Below, in pieces: positions 9,694 to 20,032 of a DNA stretch of 64,000 bases. The DNA is from a virus (lineage: Duplodnaviria > Heunggongvirae > Uroviricota > Caudoviricetes). How positions within the stretch are numbered: position 1 is the stretch's first letter; each line of letters opens with the position of its first letter. The notes beneath the pieces were generated by a model. It searched no databases and was not told the origin of the DNA. It was given only the letters and a program-made list of their open reading frames with translations. The stretch covers positions 18,891-82,890 of the IMG/VR virus record IMGVR_UViG_3300017989_002952. One strand, 5' to 3'. Both the position numbers and the translations under genes were made by a program.

Positions 9694-10179
9694 ATGTTAA
9701 ACAAATATTTAGAGCAAATACAATCATCAGATGAATCCATTTTTCCGATGGACACGCCGCATAAGAAACATAAGGTGTTAAGAAAAGTCATCTACGGAGA
9801 ACAGACGGACGTGCCTGAGGAACGCGAACGATTAATGATTGATTTTGATGGGGTTATACACAATTACACTGGGTGGAATGATGGCAAATTAAATGAGGAA
9901 GCAATTCCTGGTGCAAAGGAAGCTATTGATTCTTTGAGCAGACGATTCACCATAGTTATTTTTACAACAAGAGCCTCAACTTCAAGCAACGGCCCAGAAC
10001 AAACAGATCAGTTGCTATCGGATATGGAACAATGGCTGAAACGCCATGATATTTATTTTGATATGATTACATCAGAAAAACTTGGTGCTATCGCATATAT
10101 AGACGATAGAGGAGTTAGATTTACTGGTAACTGGGAAAAGACACTGAAATTTATTGAAACCATAGAAGCCAGCGAATAG
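9694..10179 (+). CDS. HAD-superfamily hydrolase (nucleotidase/phosphatase-like)
   Basis: Motif I DFDGVIHN (DxDGx). Small HAD size, with a TTR-type motif II candidate. Confidence 0.5.
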   Translation: MLNKYLEQIQSSDESIFPMDTPHKKHKVLRKVIYGEQTDVPEERERLMIDFDGVIHNYTGWNDGKLNEEAIPGAKEAIDSLSRRFTIVIFTTRASTSSNGPEQTDQLLSDMEQWLKRHDIYFDMITSEKLGAIAYIDDRGVRFTGNWEKTLKFIETIEASE

Positions 10180-10220
10180 CAGCTACCAATAGTTATACAA
10201 ATCGTAAGGAGGATTTAGTA

Positions 10221-10937
10221 ATGAAATATTCATTCGCTGAACTACAAAACAACATTCTAACCCGCAAATTTGGTGGTACTAGCGTGGGTGTGGCTGACCC
10301 TTATGTAACAGGGTATCATTTTGTTTGGTTCGACAAATTGCCACCTGCTCTTTTGAGCTACGTACAAAATAGCGGTCTTTCAAGCGTGCCTGAGGCTCAA
10401 AGAGTCCTCGCCGCTTCTTGTCTGTCCGTAACACCACCGGGTGGAACATTGAATAAGATCGAATACACCGGACTTGGTGGGGTAAAATGGGCAGTCCCAG
10501 GAAACATCGATTATGGTAATACCGTAACGGTGAAATTCCTTGAAATGAACAAACTTCCTATCCTCGAGATTATGCACGGATGGGTAAAACTTATTCGTGA
10601 CTATAGAACTGGTATTACGGATATTCTTGAAGACGGCGAGCAAGGTGATGGTTACACAAAGAAAACCTACTCCGGTCTAATGTATTACTGGACTACAGCT
10701 CCAGATGCAAAGACTGTGGAATATTACGCCTGTTATGACGGCATGTTCCCTGCTAAAGACCCGCAAGACTTGTTCACAAGTGATGTCGAGACCGTTGGAC
10801 GACTCGACATTGAAATTGAATTCAATGTCGATTATGCGTGGCATGAACCATGGGTCCTTGAAAAATGTCAAGGATTCGCTGATGGAATGTACATGTCTGC
10901 GAAACAACATGTGAACGACTATAAACCTACAGCGTAA
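10221..10937 (+). CDS. hypothetical tail/baseplate-module protein (238 aa)
   Basis: AGGAGG RBS. Position within the tail module. Confidence 0.4.
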   Translation: MKYSFAELQNNILTRKFGGTSVGVADPYVTGYHFVWFDKLPPALLSYVQNSGLSSVPEAQRVLAASCLSVTPPGGTLNKIEYTGLGGVKWAVPGNIDYGNTVTVKFLEMNKLPILEIMHGWVKLIRDYRTGITDILEDGEQGDGYTKKTYSGLMYYWTTAPDAKTVEYYACYDGMFPAKDPQDLFTSDVETVGRLDIEIEFNVDYAWHEPWVLEKCQGFADGMYMSAKQHVNDYKPTA

Positions 10938-10950
10938 ATACTAGGAGGAA

Positions 10951-11616
10951 ATGAGAGAGATGAAGGATCAAAAATTGTCCGAATCAATTATCTTCCTTGG
11001 GTGTTGTAGAGTCGCATTGCGAGATGTTATCGACCTCACCGAGGACATGGAAATTGAAGCTAGGACACATCTAAAAAACTTCATCATGAATGAAGCCTCT
11101 GACTACCAGATTATTACAATGGTAGTTGAGGGTAACATTCCTGAAAAGAAATACGACGATGTTGCTGAGTCAGATCAATTCGGCGCATTCAGGAAGATTG
11201 TCCACACAAATGCAGATCTATTTGCTGAAGCTATTGGAAAGCAAGAAACAATGGATCTATTTTATGAAGTTGGTCCCATCTCTTCATGTGGATTAACGTC
11301 TTCTGTTTCAACTCTTGAATTTTTGATGCATCAATTCGATATGGCTCAGATCAAGCTTGGAGAGAATAAAATTGAAATCTCCAAGGAAGATGCAAAAACC
11401 ATCACTCCTGCTCTTGTAATTGCTACAGCAAAATATGCTGGCATTAAAGCATATAGAACTCAGGAGAGTAAAGAAGAGGGCATCAAGGCTCAAATCGCCA
11501 CCATGCAGGCATGTTTAGAAATGTGCCACTGTTGTCTGGCTGGCGCTGATAAAGATGGTCGTTGTAATACAGCTATCAACAAACAAGTTACAACGCTCAA
11601 AAAACAAATAGGTTAA
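10951..11616 (+). CDS. hypothetical protein (221 aa)
   Basis: GGAGG RBS. Followed by a terminator. Confidence 0.4.
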   Translation: MREMKDQKLSESIIFLGCCRVALRDVIDLTEDMEIEARTHLKNFIMNEASDYQIITMVVEGNIPEKKYDDVAESDQFGAFRKIVHTNADLFAEAIGKQETMDLFYEVGPISSCGLTSSVSTLEFLMHQFDMAQIKLGENKIEISKEDAKTITPALVIATAKYAGIKAYRTQESKEEGIKAQIATMQACLEMCHCCLAGADKDGRCNTAINKQVTTLKKQIG

Positions 11617-11630
11617 CCAAATACATGAGA

Positions 11631-11669
11631 AAAGACCCGCTTAGACATTGAGTTTAAGCGGGTCTTTTT
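11631..11669 (+). terminator. intrinsic terminator
   Basis: agacccgcttag / ttaagcgggtct 11-12 bp stem followed by TTTTT. Confidence 0.6.
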
Positions 11670-11709
11670 GCGAATAACATAAATAGATCAGAATGAAAGG
11701 AGTTCTACA

Positions 11710-12501
11710 ATGCCATTCCAAGGATTTAATCTAACGTATCCGGAGTATGAAGTTATTACTCCGCAGACAAAACAGTCTTTCACAGTGCGCTCATTAAACG
11801 TACAAGAAGAAGAACGTCTTAAAGGAAGTCTCGTTACACCACAAAAGGTGACTGATCATCTCAACAAGTGTTTGTTTGAGGCAATGGTTAAGAAGCCAAC
11901 ATCGATCAAAGACTTCAATAGTTTTATGCAGGGTACAACACTGAAGGATAGAGATGCTCTTCTTTATGGACTCTATCATATTTCGTATGGTGAAATACGA
12001 GATTATGATGTTACTTGTTCTTCATGTAGAAAAGATTATGCTGTTTCGGTCCAGGCGTCCGACACATTTTCTTTTAAACATTATCCAGGTAAAACCGTTC
12101 TCTCTAAAACTGAAAAAGTTAAACTCCCAATCTCAAAAGGTGTTACGGCTGTTATTAAACAACCAACACTTGCAGATGAATCAAATTCTATGAAGTCGTT
12201 AGGGAGTCGACCAAACGCTACTCCGGAAGTTGTAACAGAGACATTAATTATTGCAAGGTTCGAACAAGATATTGAAGCACAAAAGGAACCAAAGGTCTAT
12301 GATGATAGATCTGATATCCTTGACGCCTATTTGACTCTTCCTGCTATGGACAAACGAGCTATTTATAAGAAATACATGGACACGTTTGGTCAGTATGGTA
12401 TTGAGTTGAAAATGCGCAGTTTTTGTACTCACTGCGGGGCGGAGGAGGTGATAGACATCGACTTGGTGTCTGCCTTTTTTCGCATACTGTATAGCGTATG
12501 A
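11710..12501 (+). CDS. hypothetical protein (263 aa), has CxxC...CxxC
   Basis: AAAGGAG RBS. Cys pairs CSSC and CTHC. Confidence 0.4.
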   Translation: MPFQGFNLTYPEYEVITPQTKQSFTVRSLNVQEEERLKGSLVTPQKVTDHLNKCLFEAMVKKPTSIKDFNSFMQGTTLKDRDALLYGLYHISYGEIRDYDVTCSSCRKDYAVSVQASDTFSFKHYPGKTVLSKTEKVKLPISKGVTAVIKQPTLADESNSMKSLGSRPNATPEVVTETLIIARFEQDIEAQKEPKVYDDRSDILDAYLTLPAMDKRAIYKKYMDTFGQYGIELKMRSFCTHCGAEEVIDIDLVSAFFRILYSV

Positions 12502-12681
12502 TGGTATAGAGCAGTTTAAGAAAAATTTAGATGCAAATATCTATACTTGTATGGAGATGAGTCGACAATCATATCCTGAGGTTATGATTATGCCGATCGG
12601 TAAATTCCATGCATATCTCAAATGGAAGTCAGATTTAGAGGAAGAAAAACAAAAGATGATGGAAGAGGAAGCAAATAAATA

Positions 12682-13107
12682 ATGGCTGGTATATTAGAAA
12701 GGTTTCAAAAACACATAGTTGGATCTAAAGGTCGTATTGCAGATTATACGTCATCAATAGCAGCATCCGGCGACTTCAATCGTATAACAGATTTAAATGT
12801 TATATTGAATTCTTGGAGAAATATTTTGATGACTCCCTTACGATCCGCTAGTTTTGATCCTGATTATGGCAGCGACGTTTATAAATATGTCTTTGCTCCA
12901 GCCGACCAAGATACTGTTGAGGCGATAAGAGAAGAAGTGTTGTTCAGACTTCCCTTATATGATGACAGAGCCACAATCGTTAGCGTAGACATCTCATTTC
13001 TTCATAACCGTAAAGGTGTTGTTGTTGATATTCAAGCTAGGTATCAAGGTGAAGTTGGTGAACTCAGCGCAACGATTGACCCAAATAATTTAAATCTACT
13101 TGAGTAG
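12682..13107 (+). CDS. baseplate wedge protein, GpW/gp25-like
   Basis: 141 aa. ILNSWRNILMTPLRSASFDPDYGSDVYKYVFAP matches the conserved GpW/gp25 core (I.nSi.nIL.T..GeR...P.fGs.l..llF.p). Confidence 0.6.
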   Translation: MAGILERFQKHIVGSKGRIADYTSSIAASGDFNRITDLNVILNSWRNILMTPLRSASFDPDYGSDVYKYVFAPADQDTVEAIREEVLFRLPLYDDRATIVSVDISFLHNRKGVVVDIQARYQGEVGELSATIDPNNLNLLE

Positions 13108-13117
13108 GAGATGACCC

Positions 13118-13747
13118 ATGCAGTTTGACAGACAATTAGTTGAATGGAGCTGTAAGAGAGCTCTATATGACGCAGTTACCCAAAGTAAAACCATCCATGA
13201 AAAATTATCATTTGAAGAGCAAGTAAAAATGGTCGAGTGGATTGGTGCAATGACTTATGAAGAATCTGTCTCTGCTGTGTTTTACAATAGTGAACCTCTT
13301 AATGAAATTGGTATTCGTCAATTTGAATCTAAATTCAAAGCATTTATAAAATACGGTCTTGCGGCAATTGCTGGTGGTGTGCTTGCTAAAGGACCCCTTG
13401 GTAGAATGGTTAAGGGTCCAGCAGTAGCCATGTTCGCATACTATTTGTTTAGAAAAATGACCGATCCGTGCTGGCAAGTATGTCTCAAGAGGTTTGGTCA
13501 ATCTAAAGAAAGAAAAGTATGTAGATATGAGTGTCAAGTTAAAGCTGCCAAGAATATCATAAGAGATATTCGAGGAGAAATGAATCGCTGCGGTGACAGT
13601 CGTAATCCAATCAAATGTGAGAAGAAATTAAACAAACTTCTTGTAAAATGGTCGAAAAAATTAGAGAAACAATTAGTTAAATTACAGAATGCAAGAGCAA
13701 ATCTCATTGCTAGCAAACGACCCGCAGCAGCGCCTGAGGAAGGATAA
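13118..13747 (+). CDS. membrane-anchored Cys-containing protein, tandem paralog A
   Basis: Central hydrophobic helix, 4 Cys, basic coiled-coil C-terminus. Paralogous to the next gene. Confidence 0.45.
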   Translation: MQFDRQLVEWSCKRALYDAVTQSKTIHEKLSFEEQVKMVEWIGAMTYEESVSAVFYNSEPLNEIGIRQFESKFKAFIKYGLAAIAGGVLAKGPLGRMVKGPAVAMFAYYLFRKMTDPCWQVCLKRFGQSKERKVCRYECQVKAAKNIIRDIRGEMNRCGDSRNPIKCEKKLNKLLVKWSKKLEKQLVKLQNARANLIASKRPAAAPEEG

Positions 13748-14331
13748 TGGATAATCCAACCGTTGATCCAATTCGTGATAAGTTATTACAAGCAATAGCG
13801 AAGAGTGATACTATTCGAAAGGAATTACCGTTTGAAGATCATGTTAAATTATATCATGGCATCAAACATATGCCTGATGCTACACTTCTAAAATTAAATA
13901 ACAAGCTCGGTGAAGCAGAAATGCCACCACCTGTTAAAGTTGATGCAAGAGCTGAGAAAACTCTAAAGATGGGGTTGATGGCTGCATCTCTTGTAGTTCC
14001 TATGCCGGGTTTATCTTTAGCGATCAATTATCTTGTTGATGTGGCAAGGTATAAATGCATTCAGCGTGTTGAGACTTCTGAGGTTCCAAATAAAAATCTG
14101 GCTTATGCTCATTGTAAATACCGAGCCATCGCGGACTCAATCAGAGTGTTAACAAGAGAGTTTCATAAATGTAAAAAGATGGATGACCCAAAGAAACATA
14201 AAAAGTGTGAAAAGAAACTTTATAAGTTAATAGCATCTCAAAGAACGAAACTCACAAAGGCGGAAGGTCGAGTCCGTATTGCAACACATAAAGCAAAAGA
14301 AAGAGCCAGAAAGGCGCAAAACGTCCTCTAA
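13747..14331 (+). CDS. membrane-anchored Cys-containing protein, tandem paralog B
   Basis: Same architecture as 13118..13747 (TIxKELxFEdhVK N-terminal block, TM, CxY / KC...KC). Start overlaps the previous stop (ATAATGG). Confidence 0.45.
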   Translation: MDNPTVDPIRDKLLQAIAKSDTIRKELPFEDHVKLYHGIKHMPDATLLKLNNKLGEAEMPPPVKVDARAEKTLKMGLMAASLVVPMPGLSLAINYLVDVARYKCIQRVETSEVPNKNLAYAHCKYRAIADSIRVLTREFHKCKKMDDPKKHKKCEKKLYKLIASQRTKLTKAEGRVRIATHKAKERARKAQNVL

Positions 14332-14383
14332 GGACAAAGGAGCGCGTCCCTACTGGGTGTTAGTATTAAACATATATTAGGAG

Positions 14384-15037
14384 ATGGTTGTCATGCAAAA
14401 TTGGGAGAGATTGTATAGTTACATACATGACTACCAACAATTAGTCTACGATTACTACTCCAAAACCGGAGTAGCATTCTTAATCAATTATTACAATATT
14501 GACCGAACCGATACAGTATGGGAAGATGAAGACCTCATGGGAGGACCCTACGAATGGTTAGGAAATCTCACTGGTCTTAAGTTCAACAAATATCTTCTCT
14601 TACCTGTCTACTTTTTTGACGAAATCAATACAGGTTTTGATGGTCAAGAAATAGGTCTCAATAAGGAGCAAACCTCAACATTTGTATTCCCCAGTTCTTA
14701 TGGTATAACTCCCTATGCTGGTGATCTAGTCAAGTTAGAACAAGCATATATGAGACCAACTAATAACACATATCCACTTTTCACAGTAGAAGGCCGAGAG
14801 ATCCACCCAAATACTGACAAGAGATTTTGGAAATTAACAATTCGACCTCATCATAGTTCAGATACACATGAGGCTGATCTTCAAGTTTCTAATACTTATG
14901 TGTTCTTTGATTATGACAAGAAAGTTCATACTTTAGAAGATGGTTTGTCCCTTGCAAGACTTCTCTCAAGAAATGATAAATTGAGAGATAGATTAACAGC
15001 TCTGTGGGACCCAAACTCAGGATTTTACCAAATTTAG
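14384..15037 (+). CDS. hypothetical baseplate-module protein (217 aa)
   Basis: AGGAG RBS. Position only. Confidence 0.4.
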   Translation: MVVMQNWERLYSYIHDYQQLVYDYYSKTGVAFLINYYNIDRTDTVWEDEDLMGGPYEWLGNLTGLKFNKYLLLPVYFFDEINTGFDGQEIGLNKEQTSTFVFPSSYGITPYAGDLVKLEQAYMRPTNNTYPLFTVEGREIHPNTDKRFWKLTIRPHHSSDTHEADLQVSNTYVFFDYDKKVHTLEDGLSLARLLSRNDKLRDRLTALWDPNSGFYQI

Positions 15038-15046
15038 AGGATTGTT

Positions 15047-17545
15047 ATGACAGATATTTCAACGCAAATTTATCTATCTCGAGACCAAACAAGAGATCAG
15101 ATTATCGAATTCATGAAGAGCTATCTCGAGCTTGAAAATGTGGATCTGACAAAATCTTCATTTCTCTCATTCTTGATAGACACTATCGCTACTCTAACAT
15201 CAAATCTCCTCTTCTACCAAACTTCCGTTTATCGAGAATTCTTTCTAACAAGAGCTCAACTCCAAGAATCAGTATTAAATTTGGCTGCATTCCTTGGATA
15301 CCGACCAGCTGCAGCATCTTATGCAAGTGCTAATTTACTTGTTACTATTCCTTTTGGTTTTTCAGATCCAACAGTAACATTTTCAATTGATGAAGGGTTT
15401 GAATTCAAAGCAGACAACGTGTTATTCCAACCGTATTATGATACTGAAATTGTTGTAACAAATAACGCGTCCGTTTCTATTACAGTCAATGAGGATGGGC
15501 GAATTTATCCTCTACCTGTTGAAGTAGATACAACATCTGACATGCAGTTCACTTTTTTAATGCCTGTCAGACAATATAAAACAACACAACAAGAATTCCA
15601 GATCGATTCAGATCTTCAAATTTATCAGTTTACAAATATCAACGTACCTTTTGATGGAAAAATTTCTACTATTGAAGTTCGTGTAAAAGAACCTGGATCA
15701 GATCCGAGCGACAGCGGACTACTTTATGACCAATTTGATAGTCTTTATCTTATGTCATCATCTGATCATGGGTATGTGTATAGAAGGACGGACGATGGTG
15801 TGTCCGTTTTCTTTGGAAATGGTTTAATTGGTGTTCAACCAACCCCAGGTTCTACAGTAATTGTAAATATTCTTGAGACTGAAGGAGCTGATGGGAATGT
15901 TATCGCTGGATCTATCACTCAAGGAGAGAGAATTTACACCCAACAGGGTTCACCACCTGTAACACAGACTGTTAATTATTCAGTTATAAATCCATCTCCA
16001 GCAAGCGGGGGAGCAGACGAAGAAGATCTGGAGGCAACAAGACAAAACGCCATCGCTTCACTGACGGCTCTTAACAGATTAGTAACACAAAGTGACTTCG
16101 AAAATGCAGATACAATTATAACAGGGTCACCATTAGCTCAGAACTCTGTTCCTGTTTTGAAACGGTCTGATTTAGTTGTTAATGAAATACAATTATTCAC
16201 TTCTCTTGAATTCTCGAATTCCTTAGTCCCGATGAGAAATGCTTTGTATGAGCTTCTTGGTTCATCTTACATTCCAAGAGATACAGTTATTTCAATCAAT
16301 GGAGTAGATTATTATACGTTATTTGATATGACAACAGAGATAATGAATTCTGTAGCATACTATCATTATATTATGTCTGCTATCGATATTGTCCCTGTGC
16401 TTGTCCAGAGTTTTGCTAGCAATCCATATTCTTTATATGTTAATAACCTTGAAGTTGTAAAAAGTGGAAACACTGCTAGATATCGATTAAGTTATTATTC
16501 TACTGAGTCAGATTATAATTTGTGTTCTTGTCAAATGTCGATTGTGGAAAATGAAACTGCTTATACAATGACAAATGTTCCCGGTGCAAATGGTGGATAT
16601 TTTGAATACACTTTTAATCCATATACTGATGTACCAGATGGGAACAATACATATTATTTTAGGATAAGCAATCCAACAGGACTTATCTCGGAATACTCTA
16701 CATCGTTAGTATTTCGACAAAATCTTGATGAGTTTATGCTCTCCAATGCTGTGATGGATGGCACTAGCACAATCGTTTATGATATTCCGGTTGTTAAGAA
16801 AGATTATTATGATGGTATTGATCAAAGAGATTTTGAGCTTCAAGTGATGCAAGCTACTTTACAATCCATGGATTTTGTAAATTACAGAATGTTGACTGAC
16901 TTTGTAAATGTCAAGTTTTGTAATACCACAGGAACTATGGAAAACATGTTATTGAATACACCTACAAAACAAGCTGTTATTGATATAGGAGATTGTACGG
17001 TCCCAATAGGAAGTGTTGGTGATCGATATATTGTAAGTGGTCATGAGGGTGGTGTATGGGATGGTCACAAAGATGATATTGCTTTATGCATAGATTCAAC
17101 AGCTCAATCATGGACATTTAATACACCAAACACAAACGATATTTTAACAGTTACAGCAAAGGGATCAAAATATATCTATACACAGAAGGGTTGGGTTGTT
17201 CCAACTTATGAAATACCACTGACTATTGAAGTTGAAGTAATGCGAGACACGGAAAGTGATGCTACAGAAGCTAGAATCGTAGAGGACGTCAAGTCAGAAT
17301 TATATTCAACATTCTCAGATAGATTTGGTCCTCAAGCATCTATTTTTAGATCAGAAATAATTGATGTGGTTCAGAGTGTTGATGGTGTGAGTCATTGTAG
17401 ATTAATTCAACCAACTTCAAATATTTTCTTTAACTTCCAACTTGAGGAATTTTCTCAAGAACAATTATTAGAGTATGGTCCTGAGTATGTATACTTTACA
17501 ACAGACAATATTGTCGTGAGAGTTCTATCATCAGTGGATGAATAA
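15047..17545 (+). CDS. large baseplate protein (possibly baseplate J/gp6-like)
   Basis: 832 aa, directly downstream of the GpW-like gene as in P2/T4 baseplate cassettes. No motif-level proof. Confidence 0.35.
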   Translation: MTDISTQIYLSRDQTRDQIIEFMKSYLELENVDLTKSSFLSFLIDTIATLTSNLLFYQTSVYREFFLTRAQLQESVLNLAAFLGYRPAAASYASANLLVTIPFGFSDPTVTFSIDEGFEFKADNVLFQPYYDTEIVVTNNASVSITVNEDGRIYPLPVEVDTTSDMQFTFLMPVRQYKTTQQEFQIDSDLQIYQFTNINVPFDGKISTIEVRVKEPGSDPSDSGLLYDQFDSLYLMSSSDHGYVYRRTDDGVSVFFGNGLIGVQPTPGSTVIVNILETEGADGNVIAGSITQGERIYTQQGSPPVTQTVNYSVINPSPASGGADEEDLEATRQNAIASLTALNRLVTQSDFENADTIITGSPLAQNSVPVLKRSDLVVNEIQLFTSLEFSNSLVPMRNALYELLGSSYIPRDTVISINGVDYYTLFDMTTEIMNSVAYYHYIMSAIDIVPVLVQSFASNPYSLYVNNLEVVKSGNTARYRLSYYSTESDYNLCSCQMSIVENETAYTMTNVPGANGGYFEYTFNPYTDVPDGNNTYYFRISNPTGLISEYSTSLVFRQNLDEFMLSNAVMDGTSTIVYDIPVVKKDYYDGIDQRDFELQVMQATLQSMDFVNYRMLTDFVNVKFCNTTGTMENMLLNTPTKQAVIDIGDCTVPIGSVGDRYIVSGHEGGVWDGHKDDIALCIDSTAQSWTFNTPNTNDILTVTAKGSKYIYTQKGWVVPTYEIPLTIEVEVMRDTESDATEARIVEDVKSELYSTFSDRFGPQASIFRSEIIDVVQSVDGVSHCRLIQPTSNIFFNFQLEEFSQEQLLEYGPEYVYFTTDNIVVRVLSSVDE

Positions 17546-17547
17546 AT

Positions 17548-18702
17548 ATGGATATACTACTTGAGAAAGCAAAAATAAATTACCCAAAGTTAAAAAGATA
17601 TCTACATAAAACAGCCGGTACGGAATTAATGCGACTCAGTGAACCATGTTATTATCCAGCCCACCACAAACATTATCATGAGTTTCTACAAACATATGGT
17701 CTTACCGACGCAGACTTAAAGGTTTTTCCAAGGCGTTTTTGGAAAGGAATGCCTGAGGCAACTCGTCTTCTCCCTACTGATAGAATTCGTATGTTTTATG
17801 TATTTGCCCTTTATACATTATTACAAAATAAGGCATATCGTGGTAGTTATCCAACCATGATGCTTTTATTTGGTATTAGAGAATATGCGAACTTAATGTA
17901 CAGACAAATTCCTCATTGCAACGAAGAATATTTCAGATATGCTTTAGAAAATCTTGCAAAGACGCATTTATTTTCAAGAGAGAAAACTATTGGTAATGGA
18001 ATTTACTTCTTATCAAAAGAAATGATTAAAAGACACACAGTTGGTTTGGAAACTCTTAATAAAGATAAAATCTCCAAGTTCATTACTGAATATAGAACAA
18101 GAATTAGTCAGAGCGTGAAGAGTTTCGCAGCAATTTATTATAAAGCTGCAAAAGAAGGGGCGGGAATAAAGACAGAACCAGAACCAACTGATGATGAAAA
18201 TCAATATCAAATCCAATCTCAAGAGAGGTTTACAAGAGTCGTTGATGATATTGTTAAGAAAGTTACTGTCTATAAAGAAATTGACAAGAAAGCTTTGATG
18301 GATGCTAAAAAGTTAACAAAAATTAGTGTTGCTTTAGCTACACAAATAGCCTCTAAACTCTGCGACGTAAAATATACAGACAATGTTCGAATGTGTTTGC
18401 AGTTGTTTTTGAAAGATTTAAAAGGAGTACGTTCTATTTGCGGAAAAGGTTACTACATTTACATCAAGAAATTGATGGGAATAAAAAGAACGAGAGAACA
18501 AATTTACTTCAAACAACAAGTCCATGAATTGTTGATGCGAGTATTAAAAGATATTAAATACAGTCAAAAATATGAAAGCCTTACTAATCAAACAAAATTT
18601 TCAATCAATTCCTACCTTGCTCTTTATCTTACCATGATCCTCAGAAACGACCTGTGTGGTCTCACTGCTGACAAATTGAAAAAAATGTTTAAACTGAAAT
18701 AA
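17548..18702 (+). CDS. hypothetical protein (384 aa), last gene of the plus-strand module
   Basis: Starts 3 nt after the previous stop. Confidence 0.4.
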   Translation: MDILLEKAKINYPKLKRYLHKTAGTELMRLSEPCYYPAHHKHYHEFLQTYGLTDADLKVFPRRFWKGMPEATRLLPTDRIRMFYVFALYTLLQNKAYRGSYPTMMLLFGIREYANLMYRQIPHCNEEYFRYALENLAKTHLFSREKTIGNGIYFLSKEMIKRHTVGLETLNKDKISKFITEYRTRISQSVKSFAAIYYKAAKEGAGIKTEPEPTDDENQYQIQSQERFTRVVDDIVKKVTVYKEIDKKALMDAKKLTKISVALATQIASKLCDVKYTDNVRMCLQLFLKDLKGVRSICGKGYYIYIKKLMGIKRTREQIYFKQQVHELLMRVLKDIKYSQKYESLTNQTKFSINSYLALYLTMILRNDLCGLTADKLKKMFKLK

Positions 18703-20032
18703 ATCTTGATTGTAGTCTAGACTCTAATGCTAAATTGGTGCTAGAAACCCTTGAAGCTGGTTCCGTTTCAGGATCAGGATCTTGTTTAGATAAATTTTTC
18801 GCCATGTTTTTGTCTGCCATGTTTGTTTGTATACCTTCGTTGTAATAACTACCAGTATCATCCTTATACATAATACCCTGATTTACTTTTGTTTCATCTT
18901 CCATTGCGTCAAGATAATTCTGTACAGTTGGTCTGGCTTTTGATTCATAATTAAACCCAGCAATCATACTGTTGTACAAGCTTCCAAAATCAATCCTTAC
19001 ATCAACCATTCCAAGTCTTTGGTTCCACGCAATAGATTGTTGGTCACCACCCTTAATAATTGTGATGTTAGAAATAAAAGCTGGATCAAGATTATAGATA
19101 CCAGGAGCTCTAATTTTATGTAAGAACGGCCAACTGTAAGTATTTCCATCTAAAGTTCTTGGTACGCCAAGGAGCATCAAAGCACACAACGGACCAATAA
19201 TGTGTTTCCTTGTAGATTGAACACTTGCTGGATTTGGATTATACAGTCTAATTGTCATTGTATATGATGGAGCAAAACCGCTATTCTTCCAAACTTGAGG
19301 AAAATCAACTCTTGCACCTGCAAGCATTTTATTGACAATATCTGCACCGCCCCTCATCATATTACCTGCACCACCAGAGCTATCAGCAAGCATATTTCCA
19401 AGAGCTGTAGCAGCACTCTGGACTCCCTCAATACCAGAACCAATTGCTTTCATTCCCATGTTAACTGCGCTGCTCTCAGTTTCAGCACCCTTTAATGCGC
19501 CTGAGATCTTCTTCAACGCGTCTGTAGCTCGCTTTGTCCCCATTATCTGGTTTATCTCTCCAGCGGCGGCAGACCCAACATCCGTAGCTCTCTGTAAGAA
19601 ACTTTCACCGTATTCGTTAGCAAATGTGTCAGTTGGAAAATTGTCAGCTAGAAATGCAACTTGTAAGGGCATCTCTGTTGTGAAACCATGCGAATTTAGG
19701 AGGTCAAGATATAAATTCTGCTTCGGAGCGAGTCTAAAAAGTGTAAACCCCGGTTGAAATTCTGGTTCACAAGGAATAATTCTAGCAATGGGCATTGATT
19801 GTTTAATCACATCTTCAGTTGTATGGTCACCAGGCGGAAGTCCAAGAATTGGTTCAAGTTTGGTTGCCGGACTGGTAGCATTTTTATTTCTTTTCGCTTC
19901 TTTTGACGACAATCGATCTCGCCTTTTTCTTTGCTCTTTTTGAATAGAGATGTCAATAGAACCAATATCTCCAAAATCAATAGAATATTTCTGATTCGCC
20001 GGTGACGTTGGATTAAATTTTTGTGAAGCCAT
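18689..20032 (-). CDS. hypothetical tail protein (447 aa) immediately downstream of the tape measure
   Basis: Its start overlaps the TMP stop (ATAATGG). Confidence 0.4.
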   Translation of the reverse strand: MASQKFNPTSPANQKYSIDFGDIGSIDISIQKEQRKRRDRLSSKEAKRNKNATSPATKLEPILGLPPGDHTTEDVIKQSMPIARIIPCEPEFQPGFTLFRLAPKQNLYLDLLNSHGFTTEMPLQVAFLADNFPTDTFANEYGESFLQRATDVGSAAAGEINQIMGTKRATDALKKISGALKGAETESSAVNMGMKAIGSGIEGVQSAATALGNMLADSSGGAGNMMRGGADIVNKMLAGARVDFPQVWKNSGFAPSYTMTIRLYNPNPASVQSTRKHIIGPLCALMLLGVPRTLDGNTYSWPFLHKIRAPGIYNLDPAFISNITIIKGGDQQSIAWNQRLGMVDVRIDFGSLYNSMIAGFNYESKARPTVQNYLDAMEDETKVNQGIMYKDDTGSYYNEGIQTNMADKNMAKNLSKQDPDPETEPASRVSSTNLALESRLQSRFISV

